A model generated the notes under the pieces. It ran no database searches. It was not told the origin of the DNA and was given only the letters and a program-made list of their open reading frames with translations. Below are positions 9,894 to 22,746 of a stretch of 64,000 nucleotides of DNA, piece after piece (position 1 is the stretch's first letter; each line of letters opens with the position of its first letter). Source of the stretch: Amphiscolops sp. MND2022 (lineage: Eukaryota); contig OZ076413.1 in assembly GCA_964187785.1 (NCBI GenBank), forward strand, positions 46,874,001 to 46,938,000, given 5' to 3'. The position numbers and the translations under genes were made by a program.

Positions 9894-10937
9894 GGATTCC
9901 GGACGTTTCGGCAAAAACATGGCGGCGGACGTTTTGGCAAAAAAATTATGCCGAAACGTCTCAGGCTAAAAACGGCTACGTGGAATCAGGTCTAATGAAA
10001 TAGATCTAAGAGAGAGGGCAAAACTGAGATCCAAAGAAATTGAATTAAATAATCAGGTCCAAAAATCTCTTCTAATTTGATCTAATTTGAGAAATGAAAT
10101 AAGTCAATTAGGATCTAAAACTAAAAAGTGATATAAAGTATAAAACGTGCCTCGTATATGTCCCCATTTCTTCTAGTGCACCGCGGCCCCTTGGGGCCGC
10201 TTATATTCCCATCTTGCTAAGCGAGGTCGAACAGGAGCAAAGACCTAGCGGGAACGGAGATCGCGAAGCGATCGTAATAGGAGCTGGTCTTTGCGACGAT
10301 GAGGGCGAGCGTGCATACATTGCATATGCCCCAAATTATATTTTCGCTTTCAGAACAGATATTAGATCATAAAGGGGTTTGACCTAAGTATTTTAGATAA
10401 AATTACATCTGAAAGTTAGACCTAACAGTTAGATCTAATTCCTTTAGACGCAAGCAATTAGATCAAAGGCGTACACTCTGCTAAAGACATTTGCTGAAAC
10501 GTTTCGTATGATATAAGGGGCATATCCGGTGTATGCACGCTCACCCTCACCGTCGCAAAAACCAACTCCCACTACCATTGCGTCGCGATATCTCCGTTCC
10601 CGCTAGGTTTTTGCTCCTGTTCGACTTCGCGTAGCAAGAGGGGAATATAAGCAGCCCCAAGGGGCCGCGGGGTACTAGAGGAAATGGGGACATATTCGAG
10701 GCAGGTTTCATGCTTTGCATCTTTCCTACATTAATGGTCTTGTCGTTTTTCTACAAAGTTCCAGAATTCTACAAACTGGTATTTTACAAACCTAACCAGT
10801 TTGTAGAAAACCAAAAACAAAACCATATTAATACGGGACGTTTCGGCCTGAAAAATTTGCCGAAACGTCTAGAGTTTTTTTGCCGAAACGTCTCGAGTTT
10901 TTTTTCCGAAACGTCTTTGCCGAAACGTACTGTTCCC
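9894..10937. mobile_element. MITE with GACGTTTCGGC/GCCGAAACGTC repeat arms, inserted in the CRE RLE domain
   Basis: Flanks GTCCACGC (9886-9893) / GTCGACGC (10938-10945), 7/8 match; contains two copies of the shared core (10143-10333, 10517-10709). Confidence 0.7.
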
Positions 10938-13313
10938 GTCGACGCGGTTCGAGCATTGAAGCTAAGTCGAGAGATCCCAACGTATGCTTTATGAGAGAAT
11001 TGAGAGTAGCGTGACGTGAGAAGCGACCAGCACTCTTGGTGCAATAAAGACCGTGAAAAAACGCCCGCTCAACTCTTCTACCACAGTGGCACGTATGCGC
11101 AACACAAATTTTGATTCCGAGAAGTAAACCAATTGAAATCCGAAGTTGCTGATCATCAAGATTCAGGCCTAGGTTCTTACAAGGAACGACGTTCAGCCAT
11201 TGGTACCCGAATTTACCTTGATGAGCGTTGAAAACACTCGAACGTTTGTCATCCATTCTAGAAATCAAATTTTGGGCGGTTTTGACGAAGACAGGTTGTG
11301 TCCAAATTTTCTGGGTTCCATTGCGAGGACTTTCCTGTTCATTCGTCAAACTCAACCATTTCTCAAGTGCTTTGTAAACAAAAAAAAACATCTTCGAATG
11401 TTTCCGAGTAAATCGCCGTGAGAAAGTCACTCGCACCAAACGTTGACGCCAAAAAGGAGGGAAGTGCTAATAATGATGCGGATGAAACACCGAGACCTAC
11501 CGTGTCAGCGGGCAGAGCCAGCTGAATACTCGAAATGCTGACCAAGTTCACCCTACACACTTTGGAAAGCCCGTGTTGTACGGTTTTGTCATACTGTTCC
11601 AAGAGAGCTGGATGCTTAAAACATCTACTGGTTCTCAAAGAGTACAACAACTTTGGTAGACTGAAGCAATTTTTCAACATAAAAAACCATAATGCGCATT
11701 TAATTTTTCAACAAATCCACTAACATTTTCCAGTTCATTGATTTTTTTTCAATAAGTCTGCTTGTGATTTCGGGCGGAGCGATGAACCAAGAATGATAAG
11801 TTCATCTTTCTTTGGTGTTTTGATCCCGGGGCAAAGGCTTTGGAAAGATGCTAAAATTGTCGATCGGCGTTCTTCAGTGATGTCCCCAAGGAAAATTTTT
11901 TGCACTTTGTAGGTTTTATTTTGAGCCCCAGCGTTTTATCGCTTCAACTATTTTTTGAGATCTTTATGATCCAAACAAAACTGGATCATTAAATTCTACT
12001 AACTAGACATCCTTCACACAAGATCCTGAGAGCTCCACTGCCTAAGATCTAAAAGAATAAGACCTAAAAACTGAAATGTGGGGCATATCCGGTGTATGCA
12101 CGATCGCCCTCATCAACGCAAAGACCACCTCCCACTACGATCGATTCGCGATCTCCGTTCCCGCTACGTCTTTGCTCCTGTTCGACCTCGCTTAGCAAGA
12201 TGAGAACATAAGCGGACCCACGTTTTTTTTTTGCTTTGCATCATTCCTACATTATTGGTCTTATTGTTATTCTTCAATTCCAGATTTCTACAAAATGGAC
12301 CTTACCAGTTCGTACAAAACCAAATTGTAAAATCCAAATTGTAAAAACAAATCTACAAACTTGACCTCACTTTTCAAAAAACTAGTTCCATACTATAGGA
12401 AATGGTATCACGGTTCAGGTGGGACTGTCAAGTGATGATATCAATTGGCTTGGTGCACGTAGGAACTGTCTATGGGTGCGTGACCCTTGCCTGAGTGAAT
12501 CCTTTTTACATACTTCATCTCCCTTTCAAGAAGGAGGCTGTTAAATTCATTATTACTGGTATCCCTGAAACTGGTGACAATCACCTCTCGATACTCGAAA
12601 ATGATGCTTCTTATGTGGAGAAGATGACGAGCCACGGCGATGGGCGTTTGGGTCGATTGAATTTGCGCGAATATGCAATCTGTCACTGAAATCGCAGTAA
12701 AATGGTCAAAGAAAATGAGATCGAATCAGTAATTTCAAATACATAGCGTTTTCAAATAACAGTGTTTTGGCCGTCGGATAAGCCCCGTTTTCCTCTAGTA
12801 CCCCGCTGTCCCTTGGGGACGCTTATGTTCCCATCTTGCTAAGCGAGGTCGAGCAGAAGCAAAGACCTAGCGGGAAGGGAGATCGCGAAGCAATCGTAGT
12901 GGGAGCTGGTCTTTGCGACGGTGAGAGCGAGCGTGCATACACCGTATATGACACCATAATTGTTGTGGAAAAGCACCTAATTTTTTTAAAAAGCTTTCAA
13001 ACGCTTTGCAGTTGCAAAAACCTAGCAAAAACGGAACAATTCGATCTCAAAACTTTCGATCCATTTTCGATCTCGCTTTTCGCTCACTCAAAACTTCGAT
13101 CCAAAAATACGGCACGTTGAATCACATGGTCATAAATAGGGACGCCAATGTATCATCAACTAGACGACTTGGACGTTCGGAACAATTCTACGGACGCTCC
13201 GGCAAATTCGACTTTCGACGGACAGACGAGAATGTAGTCCTCTGCTTATTACTTCATCGAACTCGTTTTTCATGGAACGCTGTTTTATTCGAAGCAACCG
13301 TCTCAAAAACTTC

Positions 13314-13824
13314 GATTTCACTGTGCATTTAAAAAAGTTTTTATCGCTAGTTGATCGTGAACTTGAAAGATACTTCTTGCCAATTGGTACCAAATGATTA
13401 AAGAAGGCAAGTTACATTCTGACGTTCGAAAAATAGCTCGAGCTATACTATCAAGGACAAAAAGTTCAATGTGACTCCAATTTTGACTGACTGCATGGTC
13501 TAATTGCTCTCCTATTGAACTGCCAACCAATTCGAACCCTGATTAAATGACAATCTCTCCTTAACCTGATTTCACTGTGTATTTAAAAAGTTTTTATCGC
13601 CAGCTGCTCGTGAACTTGAAAGATACTACTTGCCAATTGGTACCAAATGATTAAAGAAGGCAAGTTACATTCTGACTTTCGAATAAAAAAGCTCGAGCTA
13701 TACTATTTAGGACAAAAAGTTCATGTGATTCCGATTTTTACTGACTGCAAGGTCTAATCACTCTCCCATTGAATTGCCAATCATTTCGAACCCTGATCAA
13801 ACGACAATCTCTCTTTAACCTGAT
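13314..13824. repeat. Tandem dimer of a ~254-bp unit
   Basis: Unit starts GATTTCACTGTG at 13314 and 13568 and aligns with scattered mismatches. Confidence 0.9.
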
Positions 13825-14879
13825 TACCAGAGAAATAGAAAGTTCCGCTCAGAACAGAGCTTTTTTGTCCCTGCTCAACGTGCTGCGAACGTGCTGCTAG
13901 AGTTGAAAGTGGTTCAGTTTGACACCCCCTATATTCCTTCATGAAAAAGATGAAGGCCTTTTTGCAATCCAAAATTGATTAGTATGACCCAAATAATGCT
14001 TGCTTTTTTATCTGAAGTGTTACCGTTCTAATTGTTGTTGCTAAACCAGTCCTCGTTTCTTTTGTACAGTGCCTTTAACTGATTGATGTACTCACTTTAT
14101 CAGAACTGAGCTTGTTATTAATAAAAATAATACCTCGAGCTTGTTATAATGAGCTTGTATAATGAGCTTGTTCTAATAATAAGAATTTTTTATGGTTCCT
14201 ATGTTGGGTGAACTTTTTTGTCTGCCGCCCGGGCTGGTTGCACATGATGAATGAAGAAGCGTTTGTGTTTCAAAAAAAAACACTAATTGATGACGACAAT
14301 CCAATTCTGATGACGAGTAAAGAGGAACAAAATAATCAAAGCACTGCAACTACTCATGTAAGCCACAATCACGGTAGACTGACAGGGTTGATTTTTTCTT
14401 TTTTCTTCCACTATCAGATTTAATGGATCTCCGTCCGTCATCAATTAAGTGTCATGTGTGTCATCATGTTTTTGGAAGACATACACCCGTGGTCTGCAGC
14501 GAAAGGAGGAAAGAAGGAAACCCCGTACCAGCTACTATCCCAGTAACACCAAAAAACAACCAGTGTTAAATCAACAAACTATTCACAACCCATGCTGACC
14601 CGTCGAGTTGCAAAGCAGAGAGCCAGTTCCAACAAACAATGCATTAAACAACTTTCTTCAAAAACATCCATCGCTTAGCGTTCCTAGAACACATTTCGCA
14701 CTGCTGATATATATCCCTTGCGATACGTTACTTCAGAAAGCTACCGGTTCTTTTTTTTGAAAGCAAGCTTGGTCAGTCTTGTGCTGGAGTGGAAAGATGG
14801 TGTTCAATATGGAGAATGGTTGTCAACGGCGGGAAGACACATATTATTCTCTTCAATTCTCAAGGAAGTGACAATATGA

Positions 14880-17200
14880 TTAATGGTGATCCCTGCCAAA
14901 TCAAGAGCCACACGAAATAGCTTGGAATGGTAATCGACAATCAGTTAACAGAATGGTAATCGACAACACGCAGAACCAACAGCTGGAAAAGCAAAAGGAA
15001 TGTGGAATTACAAATCTTGCTTATGTAACAACAAATGAAGCCTCATCATTCCTACTTAGACTCTGCTGTACAAGGCAACAATTCTTCCTCTCCTTCTATA
15101 TGCCTCCAAGATCTGGTTTGAAAGAAATTGCTGGAGCATGCAAAGAGTACAAAATAAGTTCATCAGAACGGTTTTCAAACATAGCTATACGCCGAGTATT
15201 GAAAGTTGTCAAGCGTTACTCGACGCAACACCTAATATTGGTATATTGAGTCCGAGTGTCAACGTCAAGTTCCTCAAACGTGCCTCGGATTTCTTCAGCC
15301 AACATCTCAGCAAACCGTCTAACGACGAAGGGTTCCTTGAATAGGTCAAACAGGTAGTCAAAGAGCCCGACAGAAACGATGAACACGAAAATGATCTCTT
15401 TGTCGACCTGCCTAATATGGAAGAGCTAAAAGCAGCAATAGTCAACTCATAAAGTACCAGGTCTTTTAATACAGACGGCATACACCTGTCAATGATCAAA
15501 AAGATGGCATAGAAAGCTCGAGAAATGCTTCTCCAAATATCCTACAACTGCTGGGAGACTGCGTCATGGCCTTGAGAAGAACCGAGAGTTAACCTCATCC
15601 GTGAGCCGAATAAGCGGAGTTACGACGACTGTTCATGTCTCCGACCCTTGTCCATTTGCAGCCACTTCAGTAGACTCCTTGAACGAATTTTGCCCGATAG
15701 AAATAACAAGTAACGCGATGTACACTTAAGCTTTGTTAATGAACAAGAAGACTTCAAACCGAAAAGAAATACTATACGATCACTGTACAGGCTTCATCTA
15801 TCGCTGGAACGAGCTAAAGCATCAAAACGTCTCACAACTTTGCTTAATAATGACTTAGAAAAAAGCTTTCGACTGCTTTCGCAACAAGGTGCAACATAGC
15901 TGACAACATGATTCGAATTTTGGGGGCTTTCTTGAGAAACCGACAGGTCTTTATTAAACTACGGAATTATAAAGGTCACACTTTTTCTGTTAACATGGGA
16001 GTACTGCAAGTGGGCGTGCTTTCTTGTGTACTTTTATTATATTTCTTAATGACTTCCTGGTGAACGAAATCTGCTCATTCAAACTCGCGGTCGACAGATC
16101 GATTGTAGTCACCGGCGAAACCATCGGCGATCTGACACGTGAGCTTGGTCGGTCTAACGGTGACCACTGCCAAATCAAAAGACACACGAAATCACTCGGA
16201 ATGGTAATTGACAATCAGTTATCATACCAACAACATGAAGAAGCAACAGCTGAAAACGCAAACCGAAAGTGGAACACCATATCGTGCCTATATAACAACA
16301 AACTCCTCACTTTGTGTCTCTCCATTCTTCACAACAGAGTCTCACCATTCCTACTTTGATTCTGCTGAACAAGTAAACAGTTCGTCTTCTCCTTCTATAT
16401 GCTTCCACAAGGTGGTTTTAAAGTAATCGATGCAGCATGCGAAAAGTACAAAATAAATTCATCTGAACGGTTTTCAAATATAGCTATTCGCTGAATATTG
16501 AAAGTTGTCAAGTGTTACAGGACGTAGCACCTATTGATATATTGAGTTCGAGTGCCATTGCCAAGTTCCTCAAAAAAGCCAAATTAGCAAATGTTCTTAT
16601 CAAAGCGGCCCATGATTCTTTGGTTTTACGACAAAAAGGTGTTGCCAACCTTTTAGAAAGTCATTTTGAAAATTTGTCACAACTTGTGAACAATGACAGC
16701 AGTCTTTACACATTTGATAAAAAAAAATTTCATCGAACTCGTGTGGAGACGTAGATGGACATTTTTGGACAACAACTCCTTCCTCAAATGTTATACGGAG
16801 ACGACACCGACCTACAATCTTTTTACTCTTTATGAAGCGTTCAAAAATACGGAGCCAACAAGATCAGTGAACTTGTTCTGAGAAACTCTTTCTCTTCATC
16901 TGATTACGCATGAAAAATGAGTTAAAAACATCACCCTTATGTAATTGTGGAGCATCAGAAGAAATTGCTTGAGACTTTTCGGAAAATGTCTTAAATTGCT
17001 GTACACTATTTTCTAAATACTACTACAACTAAATAGCGAAATTTATAACGAATTCAGACCACCAAAAGTTGATAAACAAAACCTACTAAGTGAAGCTGAC
17101 TGCAACGAAATGGAAAAGATCATATTGGAAACCAAGAAGCTTAACAAGTTCAAAGAAGCATGAAACTATCCAATTAGTGGACTTAATTATTTGATGAAGA
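14880..17200 (+). mobile_element. Decayed LINE reverse-transcriptase region (I/Jockey-group-like); 14880-15290 partly duplicates 16150-16570
   Basis: Broken motifs LRPLSICSHFSRLLERI, DLEK-AFD, GVLQVGVLS..LFIIFLND, SLGMVIDNQLS, C-terminal CNCG knuckle; many stops and frameshifts. Confidence 0.75.
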
Positions 17201-17582
17201 AGAAAGTAGAAAACAACGTCGATTGAAAAACATCCTCCCGCAAAGAGGGGATTCAGAACATAAAATAACTAAAGCCAGAGAGGGTATTTTTTCTGAAGTT
17301 TTTGTTGAAGGTTGTTGTTGATACACTGAGGAAGCAGGGCTCCACGGTTTGACTCGCTACTTGAAAATTATCACAAAAACTGGTAAGCGCAAAATACGTT
17401 TTTTTTCCGTAGCTTCATTCCCTCTCTCTAAATGTTTCAAATATGTTCGTTCTTTATTACTGTCTTATCAGTTTGAATTGTTTTACAACTTCATTCATCA
17501 GTAGTGATTGTTTATATATGACACCAGTGAGCACATTTCTGAAATTCAGTTAAGTTCTAACAGTTGAAAGTTCATCAAAGGT

Positions 17583-18219
17583 GGTGGGCGGAAACAAGTC
17601 GAAGTAACGGGGGCAAAATTTAAAGTGTTAATTCGGATCGACAAAAGAAGTTTCACAACCAAATCGAATAGACTCGTATCGAAATTATAATCGTGAGGAT
17701 TGCAGTCGAAAAGCCAGATATGAAACCCTTCGGATCGAATTTCTCAAATATAATACTGAAAATGAAACGAGATGACAAGGAACATTTTCATGAGGATTAC
17801 AACATGGATTATCAGAGGACTCGGTTTTGTATACGTCAAATAAAAAGTAAAAAAGTGCGTCGCATATGTCTCCATTTCCTCTAGTGCACCGCGGCCCCTC
17901 GGGGCCGCTTATGTTCCCATCTTGCTAAGCGATGTCTAACAGGAGCAAAGACTTAGCGGGAACGGAGATCGCGAAGCGATCGTAGTGGCAGCTGGTCTTT
18001 GCAACGATGAGGGCGAGCGTGAATACGCAGCATATGCCCCACATTGTAATTTTTCGCTTCGAGAACAAATATAAAAAACAAATCTGAAAACGCACAAACG
18101 GATAGAGGACCAGAAATTGGGTTCAAAACTATTTATAAAGTTCGACCGGAGTTCGATAATTCTACCCAAGGAATTCTATCACTTTCGACCAAAGTCAATT
18201 CGACGTGTTTATCGCCACC
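17583..18219. mobile_element. MITE of the same TIR family as 7323-7801, opposite orientation, carrying the shared core at 17855-18042
   Basis: Ends GGTGGGCGGAAACAAGTCGAAG and TTCGACGTGTTTATCGCCACC match the reverse complements of the 7323-7801 ends. Confidence 0.65.
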
Positions 18220-19129
18220 ATAAATGTGGGGTCCCTAAATAGTTGAGGGGAAAATAAGGAGATTAGAAGTTTGACTGTACTCGGGTGTTCTTCTCATTTG
18301 AAGTTTGCTTCTATCATTCCGAACATTGAATGTTACACTACACTCGTTGTTGTTGCTTTACTGCTGGGTACTTCATGAAGAAGGCGGAGAAGGGCATCTG
18401 CAGTGGAAAAAGTCAACCCAAATATGTAATGGTACAAGTCGCCATTCAAAAAAAGGTATTGTCAAGTACATGATACTTTTCCCAAACAGTTGTATCCAAC
18501 ATAGCAGACTCGCAACCAGTGTAGGAACAAGCGAAAGGTAGAATGTTCTTAAGATGCCATCCATCTTATGAGGTGAAGAAAATTGCAGTTGTATACAAGT
18601 AGCGTCCAGAAACATTTTTGTGTATCGTGAGAAAAAAAGAAACCAAGGAGACCAGCCAGAAAAAATTTTGAAGTAGCCAACACACTGTCGTCCAGTTCCA
18701 AAGAGTTTTGTTTTACTCTTGCACCGAATTAGAGTGGAAAAAAATGAGTTCAGTTGAAAATGAGATTAAGTCAGGATAGATGATCCGCTTAAAAAACAGC
18801 TGTTCCTTTTCCACAGTTTGGAAAAAAGTTCATGATCATTAAAGGTTAGCCATTTAGGTTATGGTTACTTACGTCATTCATCCATTTGAATTGTGCAGGC
18901 ATGATGATAACCTGATAGTTAGATGCAAATACTTGCTGTGGAGCTGTAGGCTCCGATACATTACCATTCAGCGTAATGATAGCGAGTTTTGTTCCTATAT
19001 CTTTGAGTGTCTCCCGGCAGAAGGACCGAACTTTTTGCGCGTATGCATTATGCGATTGCGAATCAATTTCCGGAGCCGGTTAGCTAGCTCCACGGGATCG
19101 TTTCTGTCAAAAAAATCCGCACCAAAGGG

Positions 19130-20480
19130 GGGTTGAAGGATTTCAATGCTTGTATCTGTTATAAGTTCAGACATCAATTACGTGGAGCACCATCGGTTCT
19201 GCATATGAAACCAGACTGTTTGATGTTCAGAAATGAATGTTTGATGGAAAGATGGGATTCGAATTCTTTACTAAAAGATGGCCGTAATTGTGCCATTTTG
19301 ATAGGAGTAGGTCGAGCCAATTCCGAGAGTTTACACTGGTCGCGCGTTTTTGGACTATCGAGAAGAGTTTTACGAATTTCTTTCAACATTGCTACACCTG
19401 CTGCCATGTCCGGATGTTTGACATTCACTTTAATGGCTGGCACTTCCTCACAAGTACCTATAACAGATCATTTCTGACATGGTCGCCTGACAATTGTTTA
19501 CCGCATTTAGGCGTAACGATGCAAATGCAAAAATCGGGATATTCCACAATGCCTGAAGAAAGAAGTATTTGACTTTGTGTCCGGATCAAGCATCGTACAA
19601 GCGGTAGTAGCAGACCTTATCAACTGAACATCAAATCCTAAATTTTCCGCTTTTTCTGGATAGAAATATTGTTTGCGCTGTTTGGCAAACCTGTAGTGCC
19701 GCTATGTTATCTTGGAAGTAGATGGATACCAAACAATAATCATGGGTTGTTTCGGTGGCGATCATATCTAGACATATGTGATAGCGCGGTGATCAAATAC
19801 AGCGACAAAAATTGGTCAGAAGTTCTGTTTCTTTGTTGTTCTCGGATATTTGTCAGGGATGGCTCGTCCAACTTCCATATAACTGGTGAATCTTGTTCAG
19901 GCTGGGACATGGGCACTGCAATGGCGCTGAAGACAGTAAACGTCGAACCTTTTGTTGCTAGTGGAATTGAAATGCACATGATCAGTCCTTGTTCAACAAC
20001 TAGAACGTCGCGGAGTAATTGCGACTCATTATTGACAATAAATTCGTCCATTGGGATTGCCACCGAAACCCTGTCCGATTTTCGCCATTGTTCCGCAGCA
20101 ACTTCATCTAGTATAGCCAGAAAAGCTGCTCTGGGGACTAAAGACATCGGAAATATTGATTCAAGATAGGTTTGATTGACTTCATCTTTTTGATTTTGTA
20201 GGTATTGTAGGTATAGAGAACGCCATGATAACGTCGGGCATCGCATGATCCAAAAAGACTTTGGCGACTACATTCGCTGCTGTCCAAAGCAATTCCAGAT
20301 CCGAAAAGGCCCATTGATGCTAGCGCCATCATTGCGAGTGGCCCTGCGTTCAGTTTCCGATTTCGTGCTTGAGCGACATCGTTTTCTGTATTCAAGAATG
20401 AGGGAGTGTATATGCGAAGAGCTATAGCTTTTTCTCAGCAAGTGTGACTTCGTTCTCAACTTGTCGGAGGAGCCAGCTGG
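19130..20480 (-). pseudogene. Possible envelope/fusion-glycoprotein (env-like) remnant of an LTR element
   Basis: Consecutive broken ORFs: basic RNRK followed by the hydrophobic Gly-rich GPLAMMALASMGLFGSGIAL (cleavage site plus fusion peptide-like), then PMSLVP...ISIPLA...FTVFSAIAVPM. Confidence 0.4.
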
Positions 20481-21239
20481 TGTCGAACGTGGAATCCTTT
20501 TTCTGAAAATTCAAAAAATAGTCAACATGACACTGCCAGCTTGTAGAGCTCCATAGTGGGGCACGTTCGATAATGTAGGTGCCCAATTCAGCACTCACGT
20601 TCTTTTCAAACTTTGAAAAGGGGACCGGAAAATCAACGTTTATAAACTTTTCAGATAAAAATTTTCGTAACGTGATTGAATATTATACCATTGCCAAGAA
20701 TTGCTTCGGTGTCCTGATCGGTAAAATTATCCGAGGTCAATTCCGATTGAATTGTAGAAAGTGCACCAAGTGTTGCAGTCACTAAAAAAAGTTGTCTAGC
20801 TGTAAATGTAGGATTCGTAGGTTCACTTGTAAAATTGTTTCTGATGTCGAAAAAATTGTTAAAGTAGTCAGATCAGTGCACGATAACTTTTTCTTAAGAG
20901 TTTTCAGACACTACAACTTTTGCCGTATCTAGTTTGTGCTCAGGTTCTGCGGGGCACGCTTCCTCTTGATATTCCGAGTACAGCTATCAACGTCAATTTT
21001 GTTTCGAGGCTCAAACTAGATGATGATATGTTTCATTTGACACATAATTATTCGTATTCATTTCGGTACAGAGTTACGTTAAATGTTCGAAACTTCGCAA
21101 AAACCCCAATGGTACATGATACGGGCAGCATTGTATAAACGTTTCATCAACACTCTGTGTAACCGTAGATGAAGTTAAGGAAACATGTACGACTAATGTT
21201 CCGGTGTAACACAGACCGAGGTGCGAAGAAATTGTAACG

Positions 21240-22230
21240 AAGTTTCTTGGCATTTAGTAATGACTGAGTCTGTTCATGTTGACGAGAAGCATTGGAAAAA
21301 ACACAATTTTGAAATCTTTGAACAATATCCTACCAATACCAAATCCTTCGGTTTTTGTTTGTAAATGCTCGCTTTTGTCTCCCTTATGATTCTTTCCATT
21401 TTATTTCTCTGATTCGTATATGTTTGTTTTTAGGGCATTATCATATGGGTAATTCAGTAGACTTGTTTGTAGTTTGCTTCGTTTCGTAAATTCCGATTTG
21501 ATGCTGTTGTTTATCCAGTCCCTGTTACATGCCATAAAGTTACGAGACAAATGTTTATCGACAGTTTCTTTAATGAAACTCACTCTGAGATCAACTATTT
21601 CATTGGGTTGTGCGTTCAAAGCAAAGTTCAGAAAACGCAATTGCAGATCCACCAGAAAGTAAGTGTTTTTGTAAAGTTTTTCACTTGATTAAATGGTATG
21701 CCAGGTATTGACTGATGAATCCAACAGATAGGCGAGACAGAGACCTAATATTCGAAACAAATTTTCAATTGAAACTCCTACTAAAATTACAAGATTTGCA
21801 CAACATATGTGATGGGAGCGAACAAGATAGAAATGTTTCGGAATTAAATAATTTCTAACATGTTCAAAGTATCCAAGCCAGGGAAGATTTCAGGTCTTTA
21901 AAGGCAACTGATCATTTCAGCAGCTCTGGAGAAACTGGGTTTCTGATGTGCCAGTGAGTGGTACTTGTAAGTAAGTAAACTCTTGGCTCGAGTTGTTAAG
22001 GTTCAATCGTGAACACGAAAATCAAGGTGGGTCATACAGATACCGCCCACTAAACGTTTTGGATATCATTGTGAACGTAAGAATCTCAATTTGATAACAC
22101 ACCGGCAGGATATCATGGCTTTTCAACTGTTGTTCATATTGTAGTTTAGAATCGGAGACCCAACGACGCCGGATTTTTAAATTTTCCAATTCAGTAATCC
22201 TCGTTACATCGTCAAGCCGGATTTCCATTG
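21240..22230 (-). mobile_element. CR1/L2-like LINE fragments
   Basis: Linker-like DWINNSIKSEFTKRSKL (ORF 21401-21652) and C-terminal-like YEQQLKSHDILPVCYQIE (ORF 22022-22228). Confidence 0.45.
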
Positions 22231-22312
22231 TGGAGAATAGATAACACCACAGAAAGGTATAAGTTCAGCTCCGTTTTGGAGGACGTTTTGAAAGGAATCC
22301 GATACGCAAGAG

Positions 22313-22746
22313 AAACAAGCCGGGACCGGCCCAAGTCGGCGCCATATCTAAGCAGAAAAATAGGGAGAGGACTTCAAAAGGAAAAAATGTTCTCTTCTAC
22401 AACACCCGAAAAAACTTTCTGATAAAAGTCTCAGTGCAAAGGGGGCCCTTTGGGATTTTTCAACATCCATTCTGTCGCAAAACTCCAAAAAAGTGAAGGG
22501 TGACCCTTCGGGAAAATTTTTCCCCAAAAAAATTCTCGCAATGCCGAAAAAACTCGGTCTCGTCCGGAATTGTATGTTATGCGGGAAATGTTTTTGGTTC
22601 ACTTCCTCGGTCCAACAGGTACAATTTGGCGTCTTCTTGAAATTTTGTAGAACGTTCAGTAGATCTATTTTGGTCAATTTTTTTTAATGACTCACGAAAA
22701 ACCAATACTATAATCGGCTCTTTCCTAGAAAAGCGCTGACTAAAAA
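22313..22746 (-). mobile_element. HINE copy
   Basis: AAACAAGCCGGGACCGGCCCAAGTCGGCGCC...GCGCTGACTAAAAA. Confidence 0.75.

Larger units (their letters stand above)
7980..11960 (-). mobile_element. CRE-like (RLE-type) non-LTR retrotransposon remnant, split by nested insertions
   Basis: Post-RT LP...GLGV motif (ORF 11363-11680); CHC...HGLYC...RH zinc knuckle (ORF 10828-11439). The RLE motif EPRGLYRTDSKRPDGVTMIPWEMGKQLVW-DVTVVD is rebuilt by joining ~10945, 9893-9810 and ~8270; QRISMALQ near 8060. Confidence 0.8.
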
